A DNA stretch of 19,420 nucleotides, from NCBI GenBank assembly GCA_964247135.1, contig CAXTTL010000075.1, forward strand, positions 1-19,420, in the 5' to 3' direction. Source of the DNA: an uncultured Deinococcales bacterium. Its GTDB lineage: Bacteria > Deinococcota > Deinococci > Deinococcales > JAAFIG01. The notes beneath the pieces were generated by a model. It was not told the origin of the DNA. It saw only the letters and a list, made by a program, of their open reading frames with translations, and searched no databases. The translations under genes were made by a program, and so were the position numbers. Below, piece by piece: positions 6,683 to 15,301 of this stretch (position 1 is its first letter; the number at the start of each line of letters is the position of its first letter).

Positions 6683-7384
6683 TTATGGTCGGATCGTTTT
6701 GGTTATCGCTTTCGGCTTCTCGAGTTGACTGGCATCGATTGAAAAAGGCATGGATTCCAGCACCTCGACCTTGAAGTGTTGTTCAGTCAAGGCATTTTTG
6801 ATTTTCCAAATACCCTTGCCACGTTTTTTGTAGCGTAACCATTCGCAGCCTCCCGTGAAATCAAAGGTCAACGGAACGCGATTGGTAATATCTCGCCAGC
6901 CTGGTTCTGTAACCTCTTGCGTGACGACACCGCAACTGGTGATTTGGATTTGTGGTCGCCTGTTGGTCGTCCAAAGTCCAGCCATCAAAAACGGTTCATT
7001 GTTGATCAAAGAAAATTTATACGCTCGAGCTTTGGCGTTTTGTAAGATCACGGCAAAATAGGCGGTTGCTGGAATGACGCAGCGGTATTCCATGAGAAGC
7101 TGACTGACATTGCGAATATAGGTCATCCGTTCATGGCGGATGTTGTGATAGCCTTCGTGATCCGCACCGACTATACTCGTGAACGACTCTGGAACTAGAC
7201 CAAACCTCGAGCGAAATGAATTTAAGTGCAATGGAATCAATTGATCTGGTTTGGTTGCCGAGCTTTTTACGGTGATGACTTGATTGTCAATCATAAAATA
7301 CTTTTTTAAACTTAAGGTTGGTACGGGTATTCCCAACCAATCGGTGAGTTGAGATGTGGAAAGGTTCATTTCAAAAATGTTCAT
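6683..7384 (-). CDS. SRAP (YedK/HMCES)-family protein, predicted catalytically inactive
   Basis: Motifs FGLVP, HNIRHE, RCVIPATAYF, FLMAGLW, SCGVVT and ITNRVP match the SRAP motif order; the Cys2, Glu and His equivalents are absent. Confidence 0.85.
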   Translation of the reverse strand: MNIFEMNLSTSQLTDWLGIPVPTLSLKKYFMIDNQVITVKSSATKPDQLIPLHLNSFRSRFGLVPESFTSIVGADHEGYHNIRHERMTYIRNVSQLLMEYRCVIPATAYFAVILQNAKARAYKFSLINNEPFLMAGLWTTNRRPQIQITSCGVVTQEVTEPGWRDITNRVPLTFDFTGGCEWLRYKKRGKGIWKIKNALTEQHFKVEVLESMPFSIDASQLEKPKAITKTIRP

Positions 7385-7390
7385 GTTGTG

Positions 7391-7419
7391 ATTATAGACC
7401 GAAAGCCTCAACTTGAGAA
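7391..7419 (-). promoter_or_regulatory. Sigma70-type promoter for a leaderless SRAP transcript
   Basis: TTCTCA-N17-TATAAT-N6-ATG(7384); no Shine-Dalgarno sequence. Confidence 0.6.
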
Positions 7420-7479
7420 TACATATTACTTTTTGTCAAATTTGGAGACATTCGCGTCGGGATTGTTGTTTGGTCAAAA

Positions 7480-7520
7480 TAAAGTTTGAGCCACTTTCTG
7501 ATGCGATGGCTCAAACTTTA
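7480..7520 (-). terminator. Terminator of the tra operon
   Basis: 14-bp perfect inverted repeat TAAAGTTTGAGCCA / TGGCTCAAACTTTA, 15 nt past the ATPase stop, followed by TTTT on the minus strand. Confidence 0.75.
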
Positions 7521-7535
7521 AATTTTCAGATGTGA

Positions 7536-8522
7536 TTAGCTTGTCATTCTTTTGTACTCTACCGGAATCCCAATTGGTTCTCTTCCTGCAAGTAGTTCAT
7601 CTATTGCTGTATCGACGTTGGGATGAACAAGGTATTTGCCATAACCCAAAACCTCTATGGCTATATTGAATACACATTCGGCTGTGCGTTGTCGCGTTGC
7701 CATATCGATTTCACCAAGGATAATTCTATAGCGCTTGTTGTTCATCGCGCTTCGCAATGATGTACCGTGTACGGTCGCTACGATCCTTGTACCCTTTTGA
7801 CTGGCCTCTTGGGCGGTTTCGGCTTCGCTGGGATAAGCCAATTCATCCAAGACGATGGTTTTGGGACTGTAATTACCAACGATCTCGAGCATGGTCAGGT
7901 GTTGTTCTTTTCGTGACGGCACCATTTTGCGACGTGCTGGCGAGATCATGTGATGCGGCACGTCGCCGTCACCGCCGATTTCATTTGAGGTGTCACACAC
8001 CACACACTTGTCAGCTTCTTTGGGATCGGAGGCGATGATTCTCACCAGGTCGCGCAAGGTGGTGGTTTTGCCGACTGCTGGGGGTCCTATCACCAGGATG
8101 TTGTTTCGTTCAATGAATGGGCGTAAGCAGTCTGACACCCCTACAATAAACCGTCCGATTCGGATGGTGTATCCAATCACCCTATGTTGAGAATTGGTCA
8201 CCCTCGAGATTCGGTGCAGTGTTCCAGGGATGCCGATTCGTCCATCGTCTTTGGTCTTGCCGAATTTGGATTCCATCGTTTCGAGTTCTTCAGCGGTGAA
8301 GATTTTATCCACCTCGAGCATTTCACCTGACACCCAAAATTTCGGCTTGATGCCCACGTCAAGATGGATTTCATCAAGTCCAACTTCGTTTTCGATCACC
8401 ATGTTTTGAAGGTAACCGGGTAGCATTTTGACCAGCAGCTCGACCTTCTCAATTCCGAAAGCGCTGCCGCTCGAGATGGCAGGTGGGATGAGTGCTTTAT
8501 GTTGAACGCGTTCCAGGTTCAT
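7536..8522 (-). CDS. Ycf45/SpoIIIAA-like P-loop ATPase (328 aa)
   Basis: Walker A GPPAVGKTT, DTSNEIGGDGDVPH, Walker B IVLDEL, ATVHG, and N-terminal GTLHRIS and TIRIGR motifs typical of the family. Confidence 0.9.
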   Translation of the reverse strand: MNLERVQHKALIPPAISSGSAFGIEKVELLVKMLPGYLQNMVIENEVGLDEIHLDVGIKPKFWVSGEMLEVDKIFTAEELETMESKFGKTKDDGRIGIPGTLHRISRVTNSQHRVIGYTIRIGRFIVGVSDCLRPFIERNNILVIGPPAVGKTTTLRDLVRIIASDPKEADKCVVCDTSNEIGGDGDVPHHMISPARRKMVPSRKEQHLTMLEIVGNYSPKTIVLDELAYPSEAETAQEASQKGTRIVATVHGTSLRSAMNNKRYRIILGEIDMATRQRTAECVFNIAIEVLGYGKYLVHPNVDTAIDELLAGREPIGIPVEYKRMTS

Positions 8523-8845
8523 TCCTCGTTGCTCTTTTTGGTTGTCGCTTCATTGCTCTTTTTGCTGTTGAGGGCACGACGTATGTTTTGAAGTTCCGCA
8601 ACTCCCTCGCCAATGTTTTTGTTAAGTTCCCAGAACAGGTACAAGCCCTTTTCGATCGAGAACATGATCGCGGCAGTGATCCAGATCAGCACGCAACCGA
8701 GGACGCTGCCTTTGAACAGCAAGATGACTCCGACGAAAATGGCGATAACCAAGAGCATGGCTCTGGTGATCGCCCCCAGATTCCAGTACGTCCGTGGTGT
8801 AGATGTTTGGCGTGTTTTTGGTTTTGCTTGAGGGTTTGCAGTCAT
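8519..8845 (-). CDS. Small two-TM membrane protein (108 aa)
   Basis: Two hydrophobic helices then a coiled-coil-like tail; ATGA overlaps with both neighbours. Confidence 0.8.
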   Translation of the reverse strand: MTANPQAKPKTRQTSTPRTYWNLGAITRAMLLVIAIFVGVILLFKGSVLGCVLIWITAAIMFSIEKGLYLFWELNKNIGEGVAELQNIRRALNSKKSNEATTKKSNEE

Positions 8846-9354
8846 TTTAGATCCTTTGCCATTTTCCAGATTTGATTGAAGCTCGAGACTTGCGGGTACA
8901 CGCCTGGTTCGGGGATCGTGACTTGAACGCTGTTCATGGTGCTGGGCTTGTTGGTTTCAAGGTACGAGCTGGCGATCAATGTTTTGCGGTCGATGATCGC
9001 CTCCCATGCGGTAATCCGTTGCATGGTTTTGATGTAGATGTTTGGGCTGCGTTTGAGTTGCCCGAGGTATGAGTCTCGGGCTTTGAGATCGACCGCGTCC
9101 ACGATGATGAATGTCTTGACATTTTTGGCTCCCATGGCAATCAGCGCCCGAGCGACGTTGATCGATTTTAGCCCAGGGGTGATGATCAAGATTTCTTTGG
9201 TTGCCCGCGACAGCGCAGCCTCGAGTTCTGCTGGTGATTTCACTGGTTTTGGTATTCCGGTTCCAGTGGTTTGCGGGACTGGTTGTGGCGATGGTGTTTG
9301 GGCCAGCCCGATGGTGGACATCAAAATGACGGCGGGAAGGACGAACCATTTCAT
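8842..9354 (-). CDS. Secreted PLD/Nuc-fold protein lacking the HKD motif (paralog 3)
   Basis: Signal peptide; ALSRATKEILII...VARALIAM...VKTFIIVD...SYL...AIIDRKTLIASS pattern. Confidence 0.75.
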   Translation of the reverse strand: MKWFVLPAVILMSTIGLAQTPSPQPVPQTTGTGIPKPVKSPAELEAALSRATKEILIITPGLKSINVARALIAMGAKNVKTFIIVDAVDLKARDSYLGQLKRSPNIYIKTMQRITAWEAIIDRKTLIASSYLETNKPSTMNSVQVTIPEPGVYPQVSSFNQIWKMAKDLK

Positions 9355-9372
9355 GGGTAACCTCTTTGTGAC

Positions 9373-9900
9373 TTACTTGAGGCTGTTGGGGTCAAATGAA
9401 AACTTTGGGGCTTTTATCCAAATTGTTGAAAACCACTTGGTGATTCTTTGAGCCTCGAGCGTGTCGTTGATGGCGACGGTGTTGTTGACGGACAGCGGAC
9501 TTGGTGGTGAACCGAGTAGGTCGCCTTTAATCACGACGGCGTCATCGATCACCATTACGCAGTACCGTACATTTTTTGCCAGGCGTATTTCGAGGTTTTG
9601 CCACAGGCTGAGCGAAGGCGCGTAACTCGAGGGTCCTGCAGGGTTACGCGAATCCAGAATGATCATCTCTGGCACGCCTCGTTGTTGGTTGGCGTGAATC
9701 AAGGCGGTGGCGATTGGTTTGTGGCGCAACTCCGGGCAGACCAAAAGGATTTTGACGTGAGCCGAATCGATGATCGCGCTGAGTTCCGAGGCAGTGTTGA
9801 CTCGAGTGACGATGTTGTTCGCCCAAATTGGATTCGCCATTAAGCTCAGACTGATGATTGCGCTACCGAGCGCTAAGTTTTTACGGTGTGAAGTGGTCAT
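9373..9900 (-). CDS. Secreted PLD/Nuc-fold protein lacking the HKD motif (paralog 2)
   Basis: Signal peptide; IIDSAHVKILLV...IATALIHANQQRGV..MIILD...SY...VMVIDDAVVIKG pattern. Confidence 0.78.
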   Translation of the reverse strand: MTTSHRKNLALGSAIISLSLMANPIWANNIVTRVNTASELSAIIDSAHVKILLVCPELRHKPIATALIHANQQRGVPEMIILDSRNPAGPSSYAPSLSLWQNLEIRLAKNVRYCVMVIDDAVVIKGDLLGSPPSPLSVNNTVAINDTLEAQRITKWFSTIWIKAPKFSFDPNSLK

Positions 9901-10390
9901 AGGCGGTGGTTTGCAATCCTTTCAAAAACGGTTGGAAGGTCATGATGCTTTCTTGGGTGAACCTGATTTCAATTGAGCTTTGCCAAATGGCGTCGCCGCT
10001 GAACATGATGTTGGGTTTGTTGTTGATCCATAAAAAAGGTTCGAGTTTGACGTCTTGTTTGGCGATCCGTATCTCGATGTTGCGCACGAAGATGGTGGCG
10101 TTGAACAGCCTGGTGACTTCGGGTGATTTGTTGGTCATGGCTTCACGCTCGAGAAGCACAATAATTTGAGGTGCGCTGCCGGCAGCTTTGAGCAGTGCGT
10201 CGGTCAGTTGTGGGTTTTCAATGTCTGGCGCTTGGTAGAGAATGATGTTTTTGGTGTTGCCCACCATCTCGAGGTATTTGGCGGTTGGCATTGGAAGGGT
10301 CGGCAGTGATTGGATTGATCGCGCTGTGGCTTCTTGGGCAAAGGCGAACTCGAGTCCAAACATCAACACCGGCAACAGAGCCATTTTCAT
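9881..10390 (-). CDS. Secreted PLD/Nuc-fold-like protein, most diverged (paralog 1)
   Basis: Signal peptide (AFA-Q); MVGNTKNIILY...LTDALLKAA...IIVLLE...NIEIRIAK aligns with paralog 2 (NLEIRLAK). Confidence 0.68.
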   Translation of the reverse strand: MKMALLPVLMFGLEFAFAQEATARSIQSLPTLPMPTAKYLEMVGNTKNIILYQAPDIENPQLTDALLKAAGSAPQIIVLLEREAMTNKSPEVTRLFNATIFVRNIEIRIAKQDVKLEPFLWINNKPNIMFSGDAIWQSSIEIRFTQESIMTFQPFLKGLQTTAYDHFTP

Positions 10391-12723
10391 ACTGCCTCTG
10401 CTTGTTTTTCGTTGATCAGGAACATGCTTGGAACGACCGGAATGGACACCAGCATGGTTTTTTCTTGGTTCAGGTCGCGTTCGATGAGTTCATGTTTGCT
10501 GTTTTCAGCAACGAGTTTTTTGGCATTTTCGGGGCTGATGTAAACGTAAGGGAATTCAAACAAGCCGAGCGCCTTTTTGTCTGGTTTGTTGGCGGTGTGC
10601 CCAACCAGCGCTTGACGGTTGCTGTTGACCCAACGCAACAAACGGTGGTTGGAACCGTGTTGTTTGAGCGCATCCTTGTATTTTTCGATTCGTGACAGAC
10701 CGATTTTGGTGATCTTGTAGCCCTCTTCAGTCTCCTCGACCCAACTTTTGACTTTCCATTCCTCGAGTTCGCTTGGCACGTTCAGGTGGCTGATATCGAT
10801 TTTCTTGATCAGCACGGTTGAAATGCCTTTTTTGCTGACATCGATGTTCATCGGCACGATTGAGCGCAGCATCAGTTCAATCCAGGTTCTAAAACTCTCC
10901 GCGATAGGGTTTTTGATCATTGTGCTAAAGTCAATCGGGCTTTGCGGCTCGATGCGGTTATTTTCTGTTTTGGCATAATCGGTGATGGTGTATTTTTGTT
11001 TGATTTTGATGTACATCTCGTGGAACGGATGTTGTGGGTTTTCCATTGGCGTCAAATGCACCCGTGTCCACTGGGTGCCAACGAATTTGACGACGCCATC
11101 GGGAAATTCTGCCATCGCCTCCGGGCTGAGCAAAGACCGTTTGGCTTCGCGGTAATTGGTTGAATTGCTGTGCTCTCTGGTCATGAATCCACCACGTACC
11201 GATTCGCCCTCAGAGATTTCGGTCACGGTTTCAAACCCAATGTGTCCAGACCAATACTGGGCTTGCTCGAGCGAGAAGGATTTTGGAAACAAGACCATTT
11301 GCCCGAAGTTGTTGTTCATCATCGCGGCGAGCTTGGTCGAGCCGTAACGGTCTGCTACTTGTTCGGTGTTTTGCACCACGATGTGCATGGCGACGCCTCG
11401 AGAGCGTAGTGTCGCCAGGTTGCGGTCAATGTTGGGCAGTTCGCCAAAACTCGGAAATTCGTCCATGTAGAGCGAGAGGTGAACTGGCAGTTTGCCCTTG
11501 TGGGTGTTGACCACTTTTAGAATTGAGGTGTCAATGGCTCGCTTGAGGAGTTGTAACAGCGCCGAGGCGTTGCCATTTTCGATTTCGTGTTGCGGCAAGC
11601 CCATGAACAACAGCCCTGGGCGCTCGAGGAAATCTTCGATGCTGAGCGTTTCTTCGGGCAAACCTTGGCTGGTCGCACGGTTGACGTTGTCATCGGTAAA
11701 GATTTGTAAGTCACCGGCCAGACCCGTACACAAGCCGATAAAAATATCGTCTTTTAAATCGATGATGCTCGAGAGCAAACGCAGCACCTCTGGACGGTGT
11801 TTGATATAACTTCTGGTCGCAGCCGCATTGTTTAAAAGCCAATAAATCTCCGCGATCTCGCTTTTGCCCTCTTTGGCGAAACCGTAAATCAAGCCTGCCA
11901 GCAGGGCGCGTTCGTTGTTGTGATAAAAAGGCACGATTTTTTGTCTGGTTTCTTTGGGACGAAAGATGTTGGCAATATCGAACGCGTCCTTGTAGCTGTG
12001 AATGTCTTTGATCAGTGGCAAGCGCAGACTTTTGGGATGGAACGGGATGTAGACTTTCACCTCGCGTCCCCAGGCTTTGAAGAAACTGATTGAATCGAGC
12101 AGTCCTTGATCGGCGTCTGGAAATTTGAGGTCAAAGACCACGGCGCAGTGACCGCTCATCGCGTCGGCCAGGATGTTGGGTTTTAGGTACGTGCTTGTTT
12201 TACCCGCGCCGATACCGCCGACCACCAGTGTATGGGCGCAGCGCCTCGAGAGCGGGACGCGCAGTTGAACTTCATTTTGTCTGGTTTTGTCTACGAGCAC
12301 ACCGTAGTGTCCATTCAGCTTGATGTCGGGCGACCCTTCAAAATATTCCTTGAGTTCACCCATGACGGCCCAACGTCCTTCACCTGGGTTTTTGCCCGCT
12401 GGACGCTGGTTGAGTTGGCGTTTGGCGTATGCGGCGAAGACCAGCGGGATCACCATGGAGTACCAGTAATATTCTGGAACTCGAGCCATCCAAGCCTTGC
12501 CGATCATGTTGGTACAATTGGCGTTGATAAAGCATTTGAGTTTCATTACCGATTCGTTGGTGACGTTTAGATATTTACCCCAATTTTTCAGCCACATTTC
12601 GTGTGCAACGCTGTTGAAGGCGTTAAAACTCAAATATCCTACGCCAGCGATGATGGCAATGAATCCTAGAATGCCCAGCCACATCATCAGTTTGAACTTG
12701 AGGGCGTTTTTTGGCGACGACAT
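10387..12723 (-). CDS. virD4: Type IV coupling protein VirD4/TraG (778 aa)
   Basis: Two N-terminal TM segments, GEGRWA motif, Walker A GGIGAGKT, Walker B LYMDEFPSFG, ATLRSRGV..VVQNTEQ..RYG motif. Confidence 0.93.
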   Translation of the reverse strand: MSSPKNALKFKLMMWLGILGFIAIIAGVGYLSFNAFNSVAHEMWLKNWGKYLNVTNESVMKLKCFINANCTNMIGKAWMARVPEYYWYSMVIPLVFAAYAKRQLNQRPAGKNPGEGRWAVMGELKEYFEGSPDIKLNGHYGVLVDKTRQNEVQLRVPLSRRCAHTLVVGGIGAGKTSTYLKPNILADAMSGHCAVVFDLKFPDADQGLLDSISFFKAWGREVKVYIPFHPKSLRLPLIKDIHSYKDAFDIANIFRPKETRQKIVPFYHNNERALLAGLIYGFAKEGKSEIAEIYWLLNNAAATRSYIKHRPEVLRLLSSIIDLKDDIFIGLCTGLAGDLQIFTDDNVNRATSQGLPEETLSIEDFLERPGLLFMGLPQHEIENGNASALLQLLKRAIDTSILKVVNTHKGKLPVHLSLYMDEFPSFGELPNIDRNLATLRSRGVAMHIVVQNTEQVADRYGSTKLAAMMNNNFGQMVLFPKSFSLEQAQYWSGHIGFETVTEISEGESVRGGFMTREHSNSTNYREAKRSLLSPEAMAEFPDGVVKFVGTQWTRVHLTPMENPQHPFHEMYIKIKQKYTITDYAKTENNRIEPQSPIDFSTMIKNPIAESFRTWIELMLRSIVPMNIDVSKKGISTVLIKKIDISHLNVPSELEEWKVKSWVEETEEGYKITKIGLSRIEKYKDALKQHGSNHRLLRWVNSNRQALVGHTANKPDKKALGLFEFPYVYISPENAKKLVAENSKHELIERDLNQEKTMLVSIPVVPSMFLINEKQAEAV

Positions 12724-12725
12724 CG

Positions 12726-14252
12726 TTAACCTCCAAGCACTCGAGGAGGATTAGGCGTTGATCCCGTGCTGCCACCTGAGAAAGCGGGCAAGCCGCCAAC
12801 TGGGTGCGCCGTCACATCAATCACGGTGCCACCTTGTTGGGTGTTGTTCTGTTGGCTGTTGCCGCTCATACTGGTCGATTGGCTGTACGGTCCTGCTGCC
12901 AGACCAAAGCTGGTTGAGGCGGTTGAACTGCTGCTGCCAAGTGCGCCAGAGTTTGGATTGCTGACGCTGACTCCAGCGCTGTTTTGAGCGCCACTTCCGC
13001 CCCCGCCCAATGATCCAAATCCTGAAAAGGATAAGTTCGGTGTTGGCATACCGCCACGACCCATTCTTGGAGCACCCCCCGCTCGAGCAATGAGTCCTCC
13101 GAAGAACGCGGCTATGGTTTGTTGGGCGTTGTTCATCACAGCAATTGCCGCGATTAAACCCACAACCATCATGATCAAGCTGATAATAAATCCTATTAAA
13201 AGCGTTCCAATCGCCGTAAAAAATCCGCCAACGGCGTCTGCCATTTTCTTGGTGGTGGCGTCGATCAATCCCGATGCGCCTGGTGCAATACGGGGTGCTC
13301 CTGCAGTTGCAGCATCTACTGTAACCAGAACCACATCTGCGGGGTTGATCGTTTTTGCCACCTCGAGCGCTTTCAGATATTGCTGTTTAGCCTCGATAAT
13401 CTGCTCGTTAAAGTGCTTCGCGGGACCGACAAAACCGATGTTTAACGCAAGTGAAAAAAGGGCAGGGACAAAAAGCGCTACAAAATAACTCGAAAACATG
13501 ATTTTCATGTATGTGCTGATCATCTTGACGCCCATTTCTCCCTTAAAGATCATAAAGGCAACAAAAAAGGGCAACAGAACATTTCCAAACAGGACTGCCA
13601 TTCCACTGGTCATGACAATCAAAAATAGCGTTAGGATAAGTGGCAAAGTTGCCAAACCTATCCACGACAGCATGTTAGCGTAGCCATCGACTGCTGCCAT
13701 GATGGCTGCTTTGCCACCACCTTTGGCGATTTCCTTGGCGACACCTTTTTGGATGGCGGCATCGACTGCAAGCTTTCCGCCAATTTTGGCAATCATGGCA
13801 ATACCGAGTAACCCAGTTGCATATTGACCCAATGTTTCGCTTTCAACCAGTGCTTTATCAAGCGCGGGTGATGCAAATTTATTGAGCGACCATGCGTAGG
13901 TGTCGTACCAAGTTTGTTTGACGATATGAGGTAAATTTTGACGATTTGTACAGTATGTAACTTGTTGACCTGTAGTGTAATCGATTGACGTTGCATAATT
14001 GATACATTCACCCTCTGTGGTCCACGCAAACAATACGCCAACCAAAATCAAGCGCAGCATCAAACCTTTAAGTTCATCCGTTCCACCTCCAACCGCAATT
14101 CGATATCCTCCCCATATCACGCCAAAAATGATGATCAACAAACAAAATTTGTTGAATGGCTCGACGATTCCTGATGACGCGATCAAATCAACAGTTTCAG
14201 TCAAATAGGTTGTTGGGTTTGGGAATAAATTCCAGATTGTTTCAAAGACCAT
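12726..14252 (-). CDS. virB6: VirB6/TrbL-like polytopic membrane protein (508 aa)
   Basis: Many TM segments, a Gly/Ser-rich low-complexity C-terminal tail typical of TrbL, and position between the VirB5-like and VirD4 genes. Confidence 0.7.
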   Translation of the reverse strand: MVFETIWNLFPNPTTYLTETVDLIASSGIVEPFNKFCLLIIIFGVIWGGYRIAVGGGTDELKGLMLRLILVGVLFAWTTEGECINYATSIDYTTGQQVTYCTNRQNLPHIVKQTWYDTYAWSLNKFASPALDKALVESETLGQYATGLLGIAMIAKIGGKLAVDAAIQKGVAKEIAKGGGKAAIMAAVDGYANMLSWIGLATLPLILTLFLIVMTSGMAVLFGNVLLPFFVAFMIFKGEMGVKMISTYMKIMFSSYFVALFVPALFSLALNIGFVGPAKHFNEQIIEAKQQYLKALEVAKTINPADVVLVTVDAATAGAPRIAPGASGLIDATTKKMADAVGGFFTAIGTLLIGFIISLIMMVVGLIAAIAVMNNAQQTIAAFFGGLIARAGGAPRMGRGGMPTPNLSFSGFGSLGGGGSGAQNSAGVSVSNPNSGALGSSSSTASTSFGLAAGPYSQSTSMSGNSQQNNTQQGGTVIDVTAHPVGGLPAFSGGSTGSTPNPPRVLGG

Positions 14253-14284
14253 GACGTTCCTTTCTCGAGCGATAAGTGAGTCAA

Positions 14285-15301
14285 TTACCAGTTTGGAGAC
14301 ATGGCCGATGTGTCCTTTGTCTTTAGGATCAATTCGCCCAGTGTTTGGGTTTGAACTTGGATTTCGTTGCCTTTGTCTTCGGCATGTCCCGTCATCTCGG
14401 TGAGTGCCAGGTCGAAACTGCCTGCCTCTTCTTGGCTTTTGGCAACAACGTCACTGGCGATGATTCCAAGTTCCTGCGTGGTTAACGCTTGTTGTTGAAC
14501 TTGGGCTTTGATGGCACCAACCACGTTGGCATTCGTCGCTGCGTTTTCGCTGATCATCGAGGCGATCCCGCGAGTCATGGTTTGAACCGCCGATCTGGTG
14601 CTGACGGCGGTGTTTGAATCCTCGATCAGTTTTGGCGCGACACCTTTGAGTGGACCTTCGTCGATACTCATGTCCAACTGAAGTTTTTCTGCGGTGTCGT
14701 CGCCAGCCAGTTTTGCAAAACCGTCTTTAGATTGCTTCACCGCTCCGACCGCTTGAGCCGCCGCTTCAAAGTTTTGGCTTTGGGTCAGTTTGTCGTGCAA
14801 TTGCTGGTTGGTGACAATTGGATTGACGCGTACCAAGTCCCATTGATGCGCGAGCACGCTATTGGTGGGAAATGGGTTGGTTTGACCGATGATCGCGTCG
14901 ATGCCATTTTTGAGTGCCTCGGTCGCCAGCCGTGATATCTCATTTTCAAACATGTAGGGCGCACTCGAGATCGTTTTATCCACTTGATTTAGGATGTTCG
15001 ATATTTCAGATGTGTCCACCTTGCTGCCAAGGTATTGTAAACCGTTTTTTAAGAGATCGCCTCCCAAATTCTGCAAGAATGACGTGCCCTCTTTTTCGGC
15101 ATTGGTCACCCAGTATTGGACGGTGTTGTAAATGGATGTCAAGCGACAAATCCACTTCCAGTTATCACCAACATAACTGCCGATGGTGCAGCCGGTGGCG
15201 AGGATGGTTTGGAGGTCTTGGGCTTTGGCTTGGCTCGAGAATCCAAATGCGCAAAAGATCATGATGACCGCTAGAATTTTTTGGAACGATTTGGATTTCA
15301 T
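14285..15301 (-). CDS. Secreted helical T4SS component, VirB5/TrbJ-like (338 aa)
   Basis: Signal peptide (AKA-Q), Gln/Ala-rich helical composition, position between virB4 and virB6. The family call rests mainly on synteny. Confidence 0.6.
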   Translation of the reverse strand: MKSKSFQKILAVIMIFCAFGFSSQAKAQDLQTILATGCTIGSYVGDNWKWICRLTSIYNTVQYWVTNAEKEGTSFLQNLGGDLLKNGLQYLGSKVDTSEISNILNQVDKTISSAPYMFENEISRLATEALKNGIDAIIGQTNPFPTNSVLAHQWDLVRVNPIVTNQQLHDKLTQSQNFEAAAQAVGAVKQSKDGFAKLAGDDTAEKLQLDMSIDEGPLKGVAPKLIEDSNTAVSTRSAVQTMTRGIASMISENAATNANVVGAIKAQVQQQALTTQELGIIASDVVAKSQEEAGSFDLALTEMTGHAEDKGNEIQVQTQTLGELILKTKDTSAMSPNW

